A DNA stretch of 63,981 nt, the filler included, from Octopus bimaculoides (taxonomy: Eukaryota), in NCBI RefSeq assembly GCF_001194135.2. It is 4 parts of 4 records of this genome, joined end to end, with 100 filler letters (N's around TTAATTAATTAA, not from the genome) between each part and the next. Parts side by side here need not be neighbours in the genome. Positions count along the whole stretch, not along the records: positions 1 to 29,613 come from NC_068985.1; 3 more parts are not named here. One strand, written 5' to 3'. Position numbers and translations under genes: made by a program. The notes beneath the pieces are model-generated. The model worked only from the letters and a program-made list of their open reading frames with translations. It was not told the origin of the DNA and searched no databases. This document shows, piece after piece, positions 12,822 through 24,508 of the stretch; the first letter of the stretch is position 1; each line of letters starts with the position of its first letter.

Positions 12822-12936
12822 AGATCCTTATCAGTTTCCTCAAGCCTTAAACATCATTCATGTCTTAATGCTGTCTTACATTAAGGGAGAAGACAGTGAT
12901 ACTCAGTCAAGGGCAACATACTTAGTCATATTGTTG
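12822..12936 (+). other. Putative exon (unidentified; could be TE-derived)
   Basis: Polypyrimidine...AACGCAG acceptor, open frame DPYQFPQALNIIHVLMLSYIKGEDSDTQSRATYLVILL, donor GTACGG. No recognised homology. Confidence 0.25.
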
Positions 12937-13567
12937 GTACGGATAAACAAATATGATAACTCATTTCTTTGAAATGTTTTATAGAGGACTAATGGTAAAT
13001 ATAGCGTGTAAGAATCTTTTTTGTTGAAGAAGAAAGTAATTGTGCATACATATTTAATACATGTTGACAACAAGAACAGATGTTTATCTCATTTTAGTTC
13101 AATGTGTGATGATGAAGAGCACAGAAGAAATAGGACACAGCAAGAGCAGGAAGAGAAATAGCTAGGATAATAACAAAGAAATATAAATGATCATTGCAAA
13201 TGCTCTTTCTTAACTTTCATCTTTATTTCTTGGTATTGCTTCATAAATTGTTTAGGAACAGAAAGACATTTTACAAAGTAGATAATAACTGAACTTTTGT
13301 ATGTTACAAAAAATAAGTTATCAGTACACAGTAATTTTTTCTCCTTAATGCCAAAATAAAATGTGGAAAATTGGTAGTCAGTGAAAAGATATTTAATGGC
13401 TTTATAGAAGACAATAAATAGAATAAAGTTGAAGCAAATTAAGTAAATAGCTGCTTTTATTTTAATCTGATGTTATTACTTTAATGTGTAAGCTTGAAGG
13501 AAAGATCCAAAGAAGAATTTCATAGCAATCCTTGGTGTTTTCAAAGAATAAGTTATCAAGGCACCAA

Positions 13568-13817
13568 AACTACTCTTTTACTGGTTTCAGTCATTTGACT
13601 GTGGCCATGCTGGAGCACCGCCTTTAGTCGAGCAAATCGACCCCAGGACTTATTCTTTGTAAGCTTAGTACTTATTCTATCGGATTCTTTTGCCGAACTG
13701 CTAAGTTACGGGGACGTAAACACACCAGCATCGGTTATCAAGCGATGTTGGGGGTACAAACACAGACACACAAACACATACACACACACACATACATATN
13801 NNNNNNNNNNNNNNNNN

Positions 13818-13849
<32 letters not shown>

Positions 13850-13881
13850 GATGGGCTTCTTTCAGTTTCCGTCTACCAAAT
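13568..13881 (-). mobile_element. SINE family A, head truncated
   Basis: Near-identical to 1046-1330. The gap lies in the internal (TA)n. Confidence 0.9.
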
Positions 13882-13915
13882 CTTTTGTTCTTCTATGATG
13901 AGAAAAAGCTATTAA

Positions 13916-14127
13916 CCCTTTTAAAATCAACTTGCTTGAGACTGCCTCTGAAGCTATGATAGAAAGCTCTTGGTTTAATGAGATCTAAATTAATACCTTC
14001 CATTAGAATTTCATGTTCCAGACACCAGTTTGATAATAACAATGTTATTTTGCTAAATTCTTTGTTATTTTTTAAATTAATTCAAACAGAGGTAGTGTAT
14101 TTCAACAGAAATATGGTAATAAAAGGG
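13916..14127. mobile_element. piggyBac-type MITE
   Basis: TTAA|CCCTTTT...AAAAGGG|TTAA. The internal sequence recurs at 34397-34518. Confidence 0.85.
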
Positions 14128-14631
14128 TTAATGAAGAGTGTTCTTTTGAATTTAAGTTAGTATATTGCTCTAGGTTTACAAAGAGGGTAATGAAATTACA
14201 ATATCAATTCACAATCAAGTATGCGAGACTAAAGAAACTCTTCAGGTTACCTTAAAAGTTTCAAGAAAATATCACCCTTCTCCCCACAAAAGCACTCTTC
14301 ACAAAGACCTCTTTCATATATTAGAGATATTCTTGTAGATATCTCCAAAACGCAAAATGTAAGTTGTTTTAACCATCAAACGCTATTGTAAATACACTAA
14401 CTTGACTGGACAAATTTACATTTCTTCCAAAGCTAAAATCTCTTTGAATTATGATTTTTAGTGACATAACAATAGCTACAGACACTCTATTAAAAGAATG
14501 TCAGGTTTCATTATAAGCTTTTTTTTTCTTTTGTATTTTTTTTTTCCATCTCTTTTAGCAAAAACTTTATTCCAGTAACAGGAAATTCCTGCCACCATTT
14601 ACCAACTTTAAATTAGTAACCTTCTTTATAT

Positions 14632-14735
14632 ATCCTGTTAGTTCTTACTTCATTGACACCAATCAAAGTATTGGTAGTAAACAGCATCCTGTTAATTCCT
14701 GTTTCATTGACACCAAAGTACTGATGGTAGACATT
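14632..14735. repeat. Diverged ~54-bp tandem duplication
   Basis: atcctgtta.ttc.t..ttcattgacacca..aaagta.tg occurs twice (14632, 14686). Confidence 0.7.
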
Positions 14736-14932
14736 AGTACAAAACAGAAGGTAAACAGTATTTTTGTGTCAGTAAAGCAGAATTTAGTAGGAAACTAAAT
14801 AAATGAATTTCTCATTTTACTTATTAAAAGATTATTAATTAATGGAAATACTGTGATTTCTTCTTAAAATAATTATCTACCTCAGACTTCATGCTGTGCT
14901 TTGTGAAATTGAAGCTAACGTTATTTTTTCAG

Positions 14933-14980
14933 TGTTAGCAACAACAAAGAAACATCAGATTCGGAAACATTTTATTTCTG
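14933..14980 (+). other. Putative 48-nt exon
   Basis: Branch-like CTAAC, TTATTTTTTCAG acceptor and TG|GTAAGT donor. Two frames are open (LATTKKHQIRKHFIS / VSNNKETSDSETFYF). Confidence 0.3.
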
Positions 14981-15189
14981 GTAAGTTGGAAGGAAGAAGA
15001 TCCTACTGCCATCACAGAAATGGCTGAGCTAGATAACAATAATAATGATAAAAAAAAAGTAGGTAGAAATTTTATAGGTGTATCCAATGTAAGTTCTAGT
15101 TGTGCAAGATCTGGAATGGGATCACAGACAAGCTGACAAAGAAGATTGATTTACTATGTGATAGATGCAGACAGCAGTAAATGTATAGA

Positions 15190-15780
15190 AGAAAAATTCC
15201 TTCAGATGCTTGGAAGGCTCCATTGATGTAGTTGTTAGACATGGAAAAAGTTCAAGGAGATAAAACTTCTGCTGGCATCAAAAGCTTTCTCTTTCAAAGC
15301 GAAGGGCATTTTGTATGATGCATGTGTATAAAGTGCAATGTTGCATGGCAATGAGATGTAGGTCTTTAATGTAGAGGATTTGTGAAGGTCAGAAAGACAT
15401 GAGGTAAACATACTCTGCTAGATGTGTAATGATAATATGCATGAGCGACAGTGCACAAATGAGCTGAAAGCAAAGCGAGATCAAAGAGGAATTAAATATG
15501 GTGTGCAAAGGAAAAGACTACATAGGTACAGGCATGTGATGTATATGGAGGATGTTAGTTGTGTAAAGAAGTAGTGAGGGCTAAAAGTGGATGGAAACTA
15601 TGGAAGAGGGAGACATCAGGAGACATGGATCCAAATGGAAACTGATCTTAAGAAGCTGAGCTTTTTAAAAATGGAGATGACAAATGACCTTAAAGAAAGA
15701 CTAAGTGCTATGCAAACAAACATTCATCTGACCCTTGCAATCATGACAAAATTGAAGTAAAATTGGTGGTGGTGGTGGAG
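15190..15780 (+). mobile_element. RTE LINE 3' end, decayed
   Basis: Remnants of the RTE C-terminus (KG.LYDACV.SAMLHG.E, R.R.YRHVM, G..GRGR) followed by the RTE 3' terminus and a TGG/TGA tail. Confidence 0.8.
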
Positions 15781-15984
15781 GAAGCTGGTCATCAACATCA
15801 TTCCATGGCCACTTTACCATGTTTGGGCTAGACACCTTTTCTGTTACCAACACTTATTACCTGTTTCCAAGCAAATTAATATTTCCCCATGGCCAGACAT
15901 GTTTCCAAGGAAGATTGAAAATAAATATCATTGCTAGTATGATGATGATGATGATGACGTTCATTTAGCAACCATCATGTAATG

Positions 15985-16155
15985 TCAAGACAAGGGTACA
16001 CACAAACATACACATATATATACAATAAGCTTCTTTCAATTTCCATCTATTGAACTCACTCATTAGGCTTTGGGTGGCCTGAAACTCTAGTTGAAGACAC
16101 ATGCCCAAGGTGCCATGCTGAGGGACTGAACCCAAAACCAGATGGTTAGGAAGCA
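15985..16155 (-). mobile_element. SINE family A head
   Basis: gaagacacatgcccaaggtgccatgctgagggactgaaccc. Confidence 0.8.
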
Positions 16156-16289
16156 AACAGGATGAATATCTACATTTCGGCTTCTTGCCTTTTACATTTT
16201 TATTACGCCTCCATCTACTGCCCTGCCACTCTCTTCATTATTCTCTCATCTCTCACTCACTGTCTGACCTATCATTGAGTCATGCCACC

Positions 16290-16550
16290 TGTGTAGTGAG
16301 GCATGGCACAGGATCTGCTCATATTCAATCTCCTTTCCATTATCCTTTCTTATTGCCAGCCAACATTTTCTTCTATTCAGTCTCCTTACCAACAACCAGC
16401 ATGTAGCTGTCTATCACCGTCTTGCTTTCATTTCTCCTGCCTATACCAACCTTTCATTTTTACACTGTTTCAAACATCAGCTCTTCTTTTACCTTCTTGC
16501 TCTAATCCAATATTTTTCACCACTGTCTTGCATTCACCTTCCTAGTTGTG
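16290..16550 (+). mobile_element. Very decayed CR1-like LINE 3' fragment
   Basis: Weak peptide resemblance (SLLT....YHR.....) to the 11870-12610 family. Confidence 0.35.
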
Positions 16551-18069
16551 TTGCTTTGAAAGAGTGGAAACAATGTGGTATAGAGGATTCTTTAGCCTTT
16601 CCTCTCCAGTGTTGATGTGGTGATAGAATGCATCCAATATAGAAGAGGTACTTGTCAAGTGATTCACAAATAAACAGATACAATGTGAAATAGAGAGAGT
16701 TCTTCACTCTTGCTTGTGACAAGACAGTAACTCTAGTGTTAGTGCCATAATAAAATGCACTCAGAACTTCGGTAAAAATGTTTGGCATTAAGAAGGGTGT
16801 CTAGCCTTATAGCCATAAAAAAAGACTCACATCAACTGAGCTGCTGGGAATATAAAGAAAATATGAAACTAACCTGACTTTTTATAATGTTAAAAATCTC
16901 AAAATTTGATGTAGATTTCTATTCCAGCTAATGGAGATTAAAGAGGGTTTAAAAACTCACTAAAGTATTTCTTGCTATTCTAATAAGAATTAAAACACTC
17001 GTGTAAACTGTGTACATTTTATGAAAAGTCACAAATGTTTAAAGCAGTAAATTCTTTACATAATGAAACAGGAAGCTTTAAAATACTTTTTATTTCAACA
17101 AAATTAAGACAAATGTTTTAAGTGGTTGAAAACATGCTTGGAGAATTAAAAAAAACTAATGTAGACTCAAATATGCTGAGAAAAAAAAATGCATTAGACA
17201 ACGATGAATATTTTATTTCTTTTTCCTTATTTTCATCAACAAACACAAAAGATAACTACAGACATGTTTAACTTTCATTGAAGTTCATTACAAGTGTCTA
17301 TTATCACTGCAACTTGCTAAAATATAAGTGTTTGAATCACTTAGTAATTATAAAGAAATATATATTTGTTGGCATAAATAAAGAATAGTTTTTAGAAACT
17401 ATATAAATCTGAAATACCAATATTTATAGAACAAATTTGATTTGCTAAGCGTTATATATCATTAGTATTCAGTATTTTTTACACATTTTAATTTTCAAAT
17501 ATAAATGTAAGAATAATTCAAAGCCTTATTCAAAAAGGTAGTGTAGTAGACAGCATTTTTTTTCCTATGCTAAATCAAGTAAGAAATAATTTATATGAAG
17601 GCTAGATTATGAATGAATAAATTAACAGACCACTGCTAAACACATTCTCAGATCAAGATGTAAATGAAAAAAATAAAGGCTATAAAAATAGAAGTTTAAT
17701 CTTAATATTGCTATATAAAAATTTAATTATTTATAGAGTGGGGAAAAAGAAAATGTTTTAATCATACTGACGTGTCAATATAACTAGATTGCTGTTGGAT
17801 TGTTTATAATCTACAAGCAATTTATAACACAGAAACAATAAGATCTAAATAGTACTTTGCAGTATCCTTTTGGTCATATCAATTAATAAAATAAACTAAT
17901 TCAGCAATTTAAAGGAAATCATTTGACTGGCCTTATAAGTCTACACAACTGTAACAGACATTTTAAAAGTACTACACATAGGGAAAAGTATGTTTAACCT
18001 TCTCAGTATAAAAGTATACAATGTAATTTTTTTTTTGTTTTTTTGTTTCATATATATATCAACTTCCTG

Positions 18070-18160
18070 AGACAACTACAATTGTTGCTACAGAGATTTT
18101 AGTCATGTTTCTCATTGACATTAGATGAAGACTCAGCGCAGATTTTTCAATAGTACTACA
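18070..18160 (+). mobile_element. Possible hAT transposase fossil
   Basis: Translates as QLQLLLQRF*SCFSLTLDEDSAQIF, resembling the hAT FSL.LDE..D.AQL motif. Short and contains a stop. Confidence 0.25.
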
Positions 18161-18929
18161 AGTGGAAATATAAAGTCATTATTCAGAAGCAGTTTATAAG
18201 AAGACTAAAATCAGATTACTAGTGTCAACTGTAAACTGAGAGGAGTAAGTATGCTTAAGACTGAAGCATATGATAGAAAATAAGATAAAAAATAAATTGA
18301 AAGGGAAATAATTTTGGCCTTTGGTCACTCCAGAGTGTATATATTTAGTCGTTATGGCATCCTGTGTATGAAATAAGAGCCATCTCAAGTACTAATTTTA
18401 CTTATAGTCTATTCTTGACCAGCTCTTTTATTCATATAACAATTATTTTTCAAGAGCTTCTAAAAAAAAAAAAATAGATATACTTTGCTTGACATCAAAA
18501 GCACTTCAGATCTTAAAAAGATATTTTGGGGGAATAATTGTCTCACAATTAAATACAAAGAAAACTCAAATATATTAAACAAAGAAAAATATGAGATGAC
18601 TTTGTTTGATTAAATATCTACTTATTCAAAGATAGGTAACAAGTACAGATATTGCCAGACTAAGTCAGACAAATTAGTAACTCTACATGCAGAACATAAA
18701 TATTTCTTTTAAGTATTGATTGGTGTGCCAATTATTCTAGGTTTTTATTATTTCAGTTGTATTTGATTTAGATCTGAGAATGACTACCCCAAAACCAAAA
18801 TGTATCTTGAAATCTCGCTTTTTAACAACAATGGCTTTGTAGAGAGAAAAAGAAATCATTGACATAATCTATGAATATGCAACCTTATCATCAATTAATA
18901 AGGAAAGAGAACTAGATAAGGTTAGTAAA

Positions 18930-19015
18930 ATTAGATTTTCAAGTGCCAGAGGTTGGTAAGACAGAAGTAAAAGAAAAATTAAGTAGCAGCATTCAGTTAG
19001 TAGAGTTGGAGAGAA
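18930..19015 (+). mobile_element. Possible pogo/Tigger transposase fossil
   Basis: RFSSARGW*DRSKRK...HSVSRVGE resembles the CENP-B-type F.AS.GW..RFK.R....GE motif. Confidence 0.25.
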
Positions 19016-19859
19016 AGGATTACAAATTTTTAGGGATACTTTTAAGTGATGATACAAAAGATAGGAAGCTGCAGTAAACAGATTTTATATTAATTACAGT
19101 GGAAAAACAAAAAAACTAGCTAAAAATAAAATACAACACAATAGCATGCAAGGGCTTACAATGCTAAAACTAAACAAATGTTAAAAACCAAAGTATTTCT
19201 TGGTTTTTCAAAAGAAACCTATGTCATTATGAATGTCAGAAGAGTTTTCCAAGAGAAACTGGAAGAATAAACACACTTAACAACTACATACAATGTAGGC
19301 CTTAAATATTAAATGCACAGTTTTAAGTTTATTTTATGTATTATAGAAACCAAAACCAAGTGAGCAAATTTTCAAAAACAAAGAATAATTTCCTCAAAAT
19401 AGCAATTATTACCAATTAAAATCCAATGAAAATTATAAATTGACTCTAAATAGTAACAAAGCATTGTTTATACATCAAGTGATTTATATTGAAAAACTTT
19501 TATGAAAATCACCAAAATTAATATACACAGCAGCAAATGATGTTAGACTTCATTATTCAAAATATAGAATGAAAACTTTGCAATATGTATCAGAGTTCTC
19601 TCCAATTCCTTACTCTGTTGGTTCAGACCCTATTTCTTGCTAACACCAACAACTCACATTTTACTATCCTATTATATANNNNNNNNNNATATATATATAT
19701 ATGAGATGCAGCATGGAATTTTGTCAATGAACAGGTCATGGTCTTAAAGCAACGAAAATATTTTGGCAAATTAAATTTAAATGTTGAAGTGAATCTAATG
19801 GCTTTGTGTGTTTTTAAATGGCTTATAAACACCTTCCACACTGCAATTGTATATATACA

Positions 19860-20045
19860 CACATATGTATGTATTTATTTGTCCACCACAACTTGACAAC
19901 TGGTGTTGGCTTGTTTGTGTCTCCATAGCTTAGCTGTTTAGCAAAAGAGACCAATAGAATAAGTGCCAAACTTTGAAATAAGTACTAGGGTTGAATTTTT
20001 CAACAAAAAAACTGCAATCCAGTGACTGAAACCAGTGAAAGATAA
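19860..20045 (+). mobile_element. SINE family A 3' half
   Basis: cttgacaactggtgttgg...gcaaaagagaccaatagaataagt...gactgaaaccagtgaaag. Confidence 0.8.
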
Positions 20046-20159
20046 AAGATGCAAACACTCCCTCGTTAGTTCATTAACATTTAGAAACAAATCATAGAAG
20101 CAAGAGGAAAAAAAGAAATAAAGAAGCATGAAAGTGATATCGTATATGTGTAAACCATG

Positions 20160-20545
20160 CAAGGAAACAGAAAATCATTTGCTGCCTGGGTGTAAAATAT
20201 TAAATGGAGATGATTATGTTAGGAGACATTAAAATTGCATTGATGTTCTTTTAAAAGAAATCCAGTGCAGTATAAAACCAGATGGGATAAATGGACCATG
20301 ATGGAAAATAAGGAAAATTAACTATACTGGGATTTTGAATATATGCAAAACAACCATCAGCAGAAGATGAGATTTAATTTTAGAAAATAATTCCAAGAGG
20401 TAAAATACAGATTATTGAAATGATCTACCCATTGAGAAATACTTTAATGCAAAAAAGCATGAGAAGAAACCAAGAAATACAAAAAAAAAAAAAAAAAAAA
20501 AAAAAAAGAGTCTTTGAGGTTCTTGAAAGAAGTAAAAGATTATGC
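20160..20545 (+). mobile_element. R4/NeSL-like non-LTR element: CCHC finger plus REL endonuclease fossil
   Basis: KETENHLLPGCKILNGDDYVRRH; IL(W)DFE; RR*DLILEN (PD motif); IIEM..P; K..EK..KY. Contains frameshifts. Confidence 0.7.
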
Positions 20546-21012
20546 TAGTTGTAAGTTTGTTGGTTAGATCCAAGTCAGTTCCAAATGAGCAAAGCTATGA
20601 TCAAAAGTATTGCAGTGATGGCATTTCATTTTTTTTTTTAAGTACATTGCATAACAAGGACTACATCATCCAATGTATCCCTCTGTTGGTCAATTACATC
20701 AGCCCCAGTGCTTCTCTGATACTTTATTTTCTTAGTACCAAGGTTGAAAAGCAAAGGGAAAGTGACCTTGGTGGAATTTGAACTCAGAATATCAAGAGAC
20801 AGGACAAATAATGCAAGGATTTTGTCTGATATTCTAACAGTTCTACCAATCCACTACCTTTAATCATCATCATCATTTAGCACTTGTTTTCTGTGTTGGC
20901 ATGGGTTAGACAGTTTGACTGGAACTGGGAAGCCGGAGAGCTGCACCAGGTTCCAGTCTGTTTTGGCCTGGTTTCTACAGCTGGATGCCCTTCCTAATGC
21001 CAACCACTCCAG
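20545..21012. mobile_element. Stacked insertions: unclassified repeat D (20545-20700), SINE B (minus, ~20690-20860), RTE 3'UTR (minus, 20866-21012)
   Basis: D also occurs near 9420 and 54200. The SINE B core is present. catcatcatttagcac...gcatgggttagacagtttgactgg...ggatgcccttcctaatgccaaccactcc is the reverse complement of the 28520-28778 sequence. Confidence 0.75.
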
Positions 21013-21180
21013 CATCTAAGAACAACAACTGTGCCTGTAATCGTCAGAGCTTTGGGGACAATACCAAAGAGTGCTCTTAAACACTATGGCTAAATATCAA
21101 GAAACTCCAAGGCAACAGAACTACAAAAAATTGTTCTCGTGGTACTGTTAAAATCCTAAGAAAAACATTGTCAACTTGAA
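21013..21180 (+). mobile_element. REL-type LINE extreme C-terminus
   Basis: LRTTTVPVIVRALGTIPKS...ELQKIVL.GT.KILRKTLST* matches the V.PV.IGALG..P / LQK..L.GT..ILRK motif. Confidence 0.75.
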
Positions 21181-21424
21181 AATACCTGATTCTCTTAAAA
21201 CTCTATAAAAACTGAAATAATACGAATTTGAGGGAATCTTAGTTCTCAGATTCTGGCCTCCTTCACTTAAACTACACCTTCACTAATTATAAATAACAAA
21301 TATAGTTAAATGTCCAACTTGCAGTTCCTTGAAGTCTGTGTGTGAAATTTGGCACAATTCATATAAAACAAAGTAACAATAATGTAATCGTCTATCCTCC
21401 CTCTCACAAAATTTCAGGCTTTGT

Positions 21425-21618
21425 GCCTGAAATTTTGTGAGAGGGAGGGTAGTTGATTATATCAACCCCAGTGCTCAGCTGGTACTTATTTTAGAACCTT
21501 GAAAGGATGAAAGGCAAAGTTGACCTCAGTAGAATTTGAACTCAGAACATAATAAAGACAAAAAAAAGTGCTACCAAGCATGTCCAGCATGCTAATGACT
21601 CTACCATCTCACCACCTA
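21425..21618 (-). mobile_element. SINE family B with fold-back copy of its 3' end at 21384-21419
   Basis: SINE B core present. tatcctccctctcacaaaatttcaggc / gcctgaaattttgtgagagggagggta form an inverted pair. Confidence 0.85.
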
Positions 21619-21895
21619 AATGATGGTAATGTCAATGATGATGATAATAATGGGATCAGTCAGATATTGAAAGATATTGAAAACATTGTGATTGGGAAAT
21701 GGAAATGAAACTGAAAATTTCTAGCAAAAGAAATATGAAAAATTTGGATGGTGATTGCATAAATTGTGCCTGAGGTCTATTAAAAAATTATCCTTCATAC
21801 TAACTGCCAAGTAAATTACAAATCAAATAATTTTCAATGTAGAATAGATGAATAAAAATTGAAAGGAGAATAAGAAAAGTTACTGAAATATCAAC

Positions 21896-21999
21896 CTGCT
21901 TTTCATTCTGACAATCAAGTGAAGTTGAATCATAACGAGATTTCCAATGATTCCTCTCCAGTTCGCTTTCTTGAAGAAGCCGTTTGATTTTATTTATTT
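21896..21999 (-). CDS. Putative internal coding exon, coiled-coil protein (unidentified)
   Basis: Acceptor TTTGTTTTTGCAG, donor CAG|GTTGAT, phase 1 to 0, open frame (E)INKIKRLLQESELERNHWKSRYDSTSLDCQNEKQ. Confidence 0.55.
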
Positions 22000-22544
22000 C
22001 TGCAAAAACAAATTATAAAGCATTTGATTATGAAATAAACTATCATAAACCAGTTTGCGTTTCATTATCATTATTTGTTTAAGCCTTCACTGAAAGATAA
22101 AAGTACAAATATATATAAATTTCAGGAACAAAAAATTATTAAAAACAAAGCTAACAAAAATATTTAAACTTAAGGGATGTTCCAAAGCATCAAATACCAA
22201 AGTGGTAAACAAATTCCATTTTGAGTTTATAGTTCTGTTCTGTATAAATTCTAAAAGTGAAAAAAAAAAAAAGAATTCCAATGCCTACATGTGAAAAAGT
22301 GTCTATAAATTGCTAAGTCAACATACATTCTATTTTCAACAAGTTAAGTATTTGTAAAGAAACATAGACATAATGAAATTCCAAAAGATTAGACCAAGAA
22401 TGCTTGTCATTTCTTCCAAACGACTGATATATTAAAAAAAACGCTAGATTCACTCATAGTTTTAGCAAGGCTGGCATGCAGAAGCAGAGATGATATTGTC
22501 CTTCTATGTAGATTTGTTGATAATAACTATAATAACATTGGCAC

Positions 22545-22735
22545 AAGGCAATACATTTTTGTGGGAGGGAACAGTTATTAAATCAATCCCAGTACATGTC
22601 TGGTATTTATTTTATCAACACTGGAGAGATGAAAGGACAAGTCAATCTGGTGATAATTGAAACCAGAATGCAAAGGGACAAAACTAAATACTCTAAGACA
22701 TTCCTTATTCTATTACTTCACCATTTCCGCCATTC
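22545..22735 (-). mobile_element. SINE family B, decayed
   Basis: ttggcacaaggcaatacatttttgtgggaggg...gagagatgaaaggacaagtcaatc. Confidence 0.7.
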
Positions 22736-22953
22736 TAATACTAATGCTTAGCACAAGGCCAGCAATTTCAAGGGAAGGGAGAAGACTTTGTATTAACTAA
22801 CATCAATGCACCATTTAGTATTTAATACATGACAGTTGTTCAGATAATTAGAGCAACATTTAGTCAATGAATACTTCCTGAAAAGTTAAATTCTGCAGAA
22901 ATCTTCAATAGAAAGATTCTTGCTAATTCTGTAAAATGGAGATTCATTTTAAC

Positions 22954-22985
22954 CTTTATAAGATGACTGATCCACTATTTTTGTG
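22954..22985 (-). CDS. Putative 32-nt micro-exon, in phase with 21896-21999
   Basis: Acceptor TTTTTTCTTCTTTCTAG, donor AAG|GTTAAA. Reads xTKIVDQSSYK, and the final G completes GAA(E) with the next exon. Confidence 0.4.
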
Positions 22986-23007
22986 CTAGAAAGAAGAAAA
23001 AACTGAT

Positions 23008-23360
23008 TTCATCATCATTTTAACATCCATTTTTCCAAGCTAACATGGGTCAGATGGAATTTTTTTGCGGATTTTTCTATGGCTGGATGTTTTTCCTGTC
23101 ACTAATCCTCACCTGATTCCAAGTAGGGTGATAGTTCTCCATAATCTGACACACTTTTATGGAAAATTGGAAACAAAGAACAGCGCTTCTATAACTAACA
23201 TTCCAAACCAGCATCTGCTATCAAGACAAGGATACACACACACAGGTTTTTACTAAATTCTCTCATGAAGCTTTGGTTGGGCCAGAGCTGTAGTAGAAGA
23301 CACTAGCTTGAGGGGCCACACAGCCACACATTGTGCCTGAGCCTGAAGTTATGTAGTTAG
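23008..23360 (-). mobile_element. RTE-type 3'UTR fragment plus SINE A head
   Basis: catcatcattttaacatccattttccaagctaacatgggtcagatgg; gtagtagaagacactagcttgaggggccac. Confidence 0.7.
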
Positions 23361-23477
23361 GAACTTAACCTGCTGTAAGTATCTAAACAAAATAACTGAA
23401 ATGTTTTCTATGAGAAAAGCAAAAATCTAACAGTATATATCTCCAGTCCAATTTTCTGATGTATCTTTACTCAATAC

Positions 23478-23508
23478 TTCGATACTGCTAGCTTCTCTCC
23501 TGTTGTTA
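23478..23508 (-). CDS. Putative 31-nt micro-exon
   Basis: Acceptor CCCCTTTTCATTATGCAG, donor GAA|GTATTG. Reads xTTGEKLAVS(N), phase 1 to 2, compatible with 22954-22985. Confidence 0.25.
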
Positions 23509-24472
23509 CTGCATAATGAAAAGGGGATAATGTATATCGGGTCGAATGTATTAACCTTTAATATTGTGCACATATATTTCTCTAGAAGTCGTTTTTCCAA
23601 AATTAAATAACACACCATAATGGAAATTTCAAACAAATTACCCTTTATTAAGCGTGTGTTTTTAATTCATTTAATTTCAGGAGTGTGTGTATGTACACGT
23701 ATACACATACATAACTACAGACAAATATATATTTTATCATAAAAGAGTGGATGGAAAAAAAAAAAACAATATTGATACAAGTATTTTATTTCAATGAGTG
23801 AAGTTGTTTTAATTCATTATTTCTTCATACACAGTGATTCTTTCTTTTACTGATTCTTTCCACCACCACAACTCACAGACTATGAATTAGAATGAACAAA
23901 AAAAGTTGGTGTTTGGCTGCCGTTTCAATGATTGTCAGCAATATCTGATAAAATTATCAGACATGCTTACACAGCAGTCTATAATCGCACAGGTCTGCTT
24001 TATTAAAAGTAGTCTTTTCATGGTAAACCGAAATCTCAATGTATTATTTACTTTCGCAAGGAAAGGCTGCTCTCATTAAAAATAACGTCATTGATATTAG
24101 TGGTGATATGTAAAATACAGCAAAATTATCAGAACCAAAACAGAAAACATTAAATTTCAAATAAAATCCTTCTGGTGAGGTAAGCTCTAAAATATATCTC
24201 AAGCCAGCTGTGTTTGAAATATAGTACTGTAGTATCTGTACTAAATTTACATCGTCATGAAGGAAACCATTGATAGAAAATTATTTCTCATTTCCCATAG
24301 GTATTAATGATTATCTTTCTTAGCTAATGAATTCAGATAATTTTATATAAAATCATAAAATAGCAATAAAAGGTTAGATATGATTGGTCTGATTAAGTAA
24401 TTGAAGTTATCAACAAAGAAATTTAAATCTCTGTAGATTCGTGAATATGTGTATTTACTTATCTTTATACTT

Positions 24473-24508
<36 letters not shown>

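Noticed and set aside
21013-21380. Idea that the R4/Dong-like LINE mobilises the (TAA)n-associated SINE B
   Set aside because: I see no shared 3' sequence, and SINE B sense reads (ATT)n whereas Dong-type targets read (TAA)n on the sense strand.
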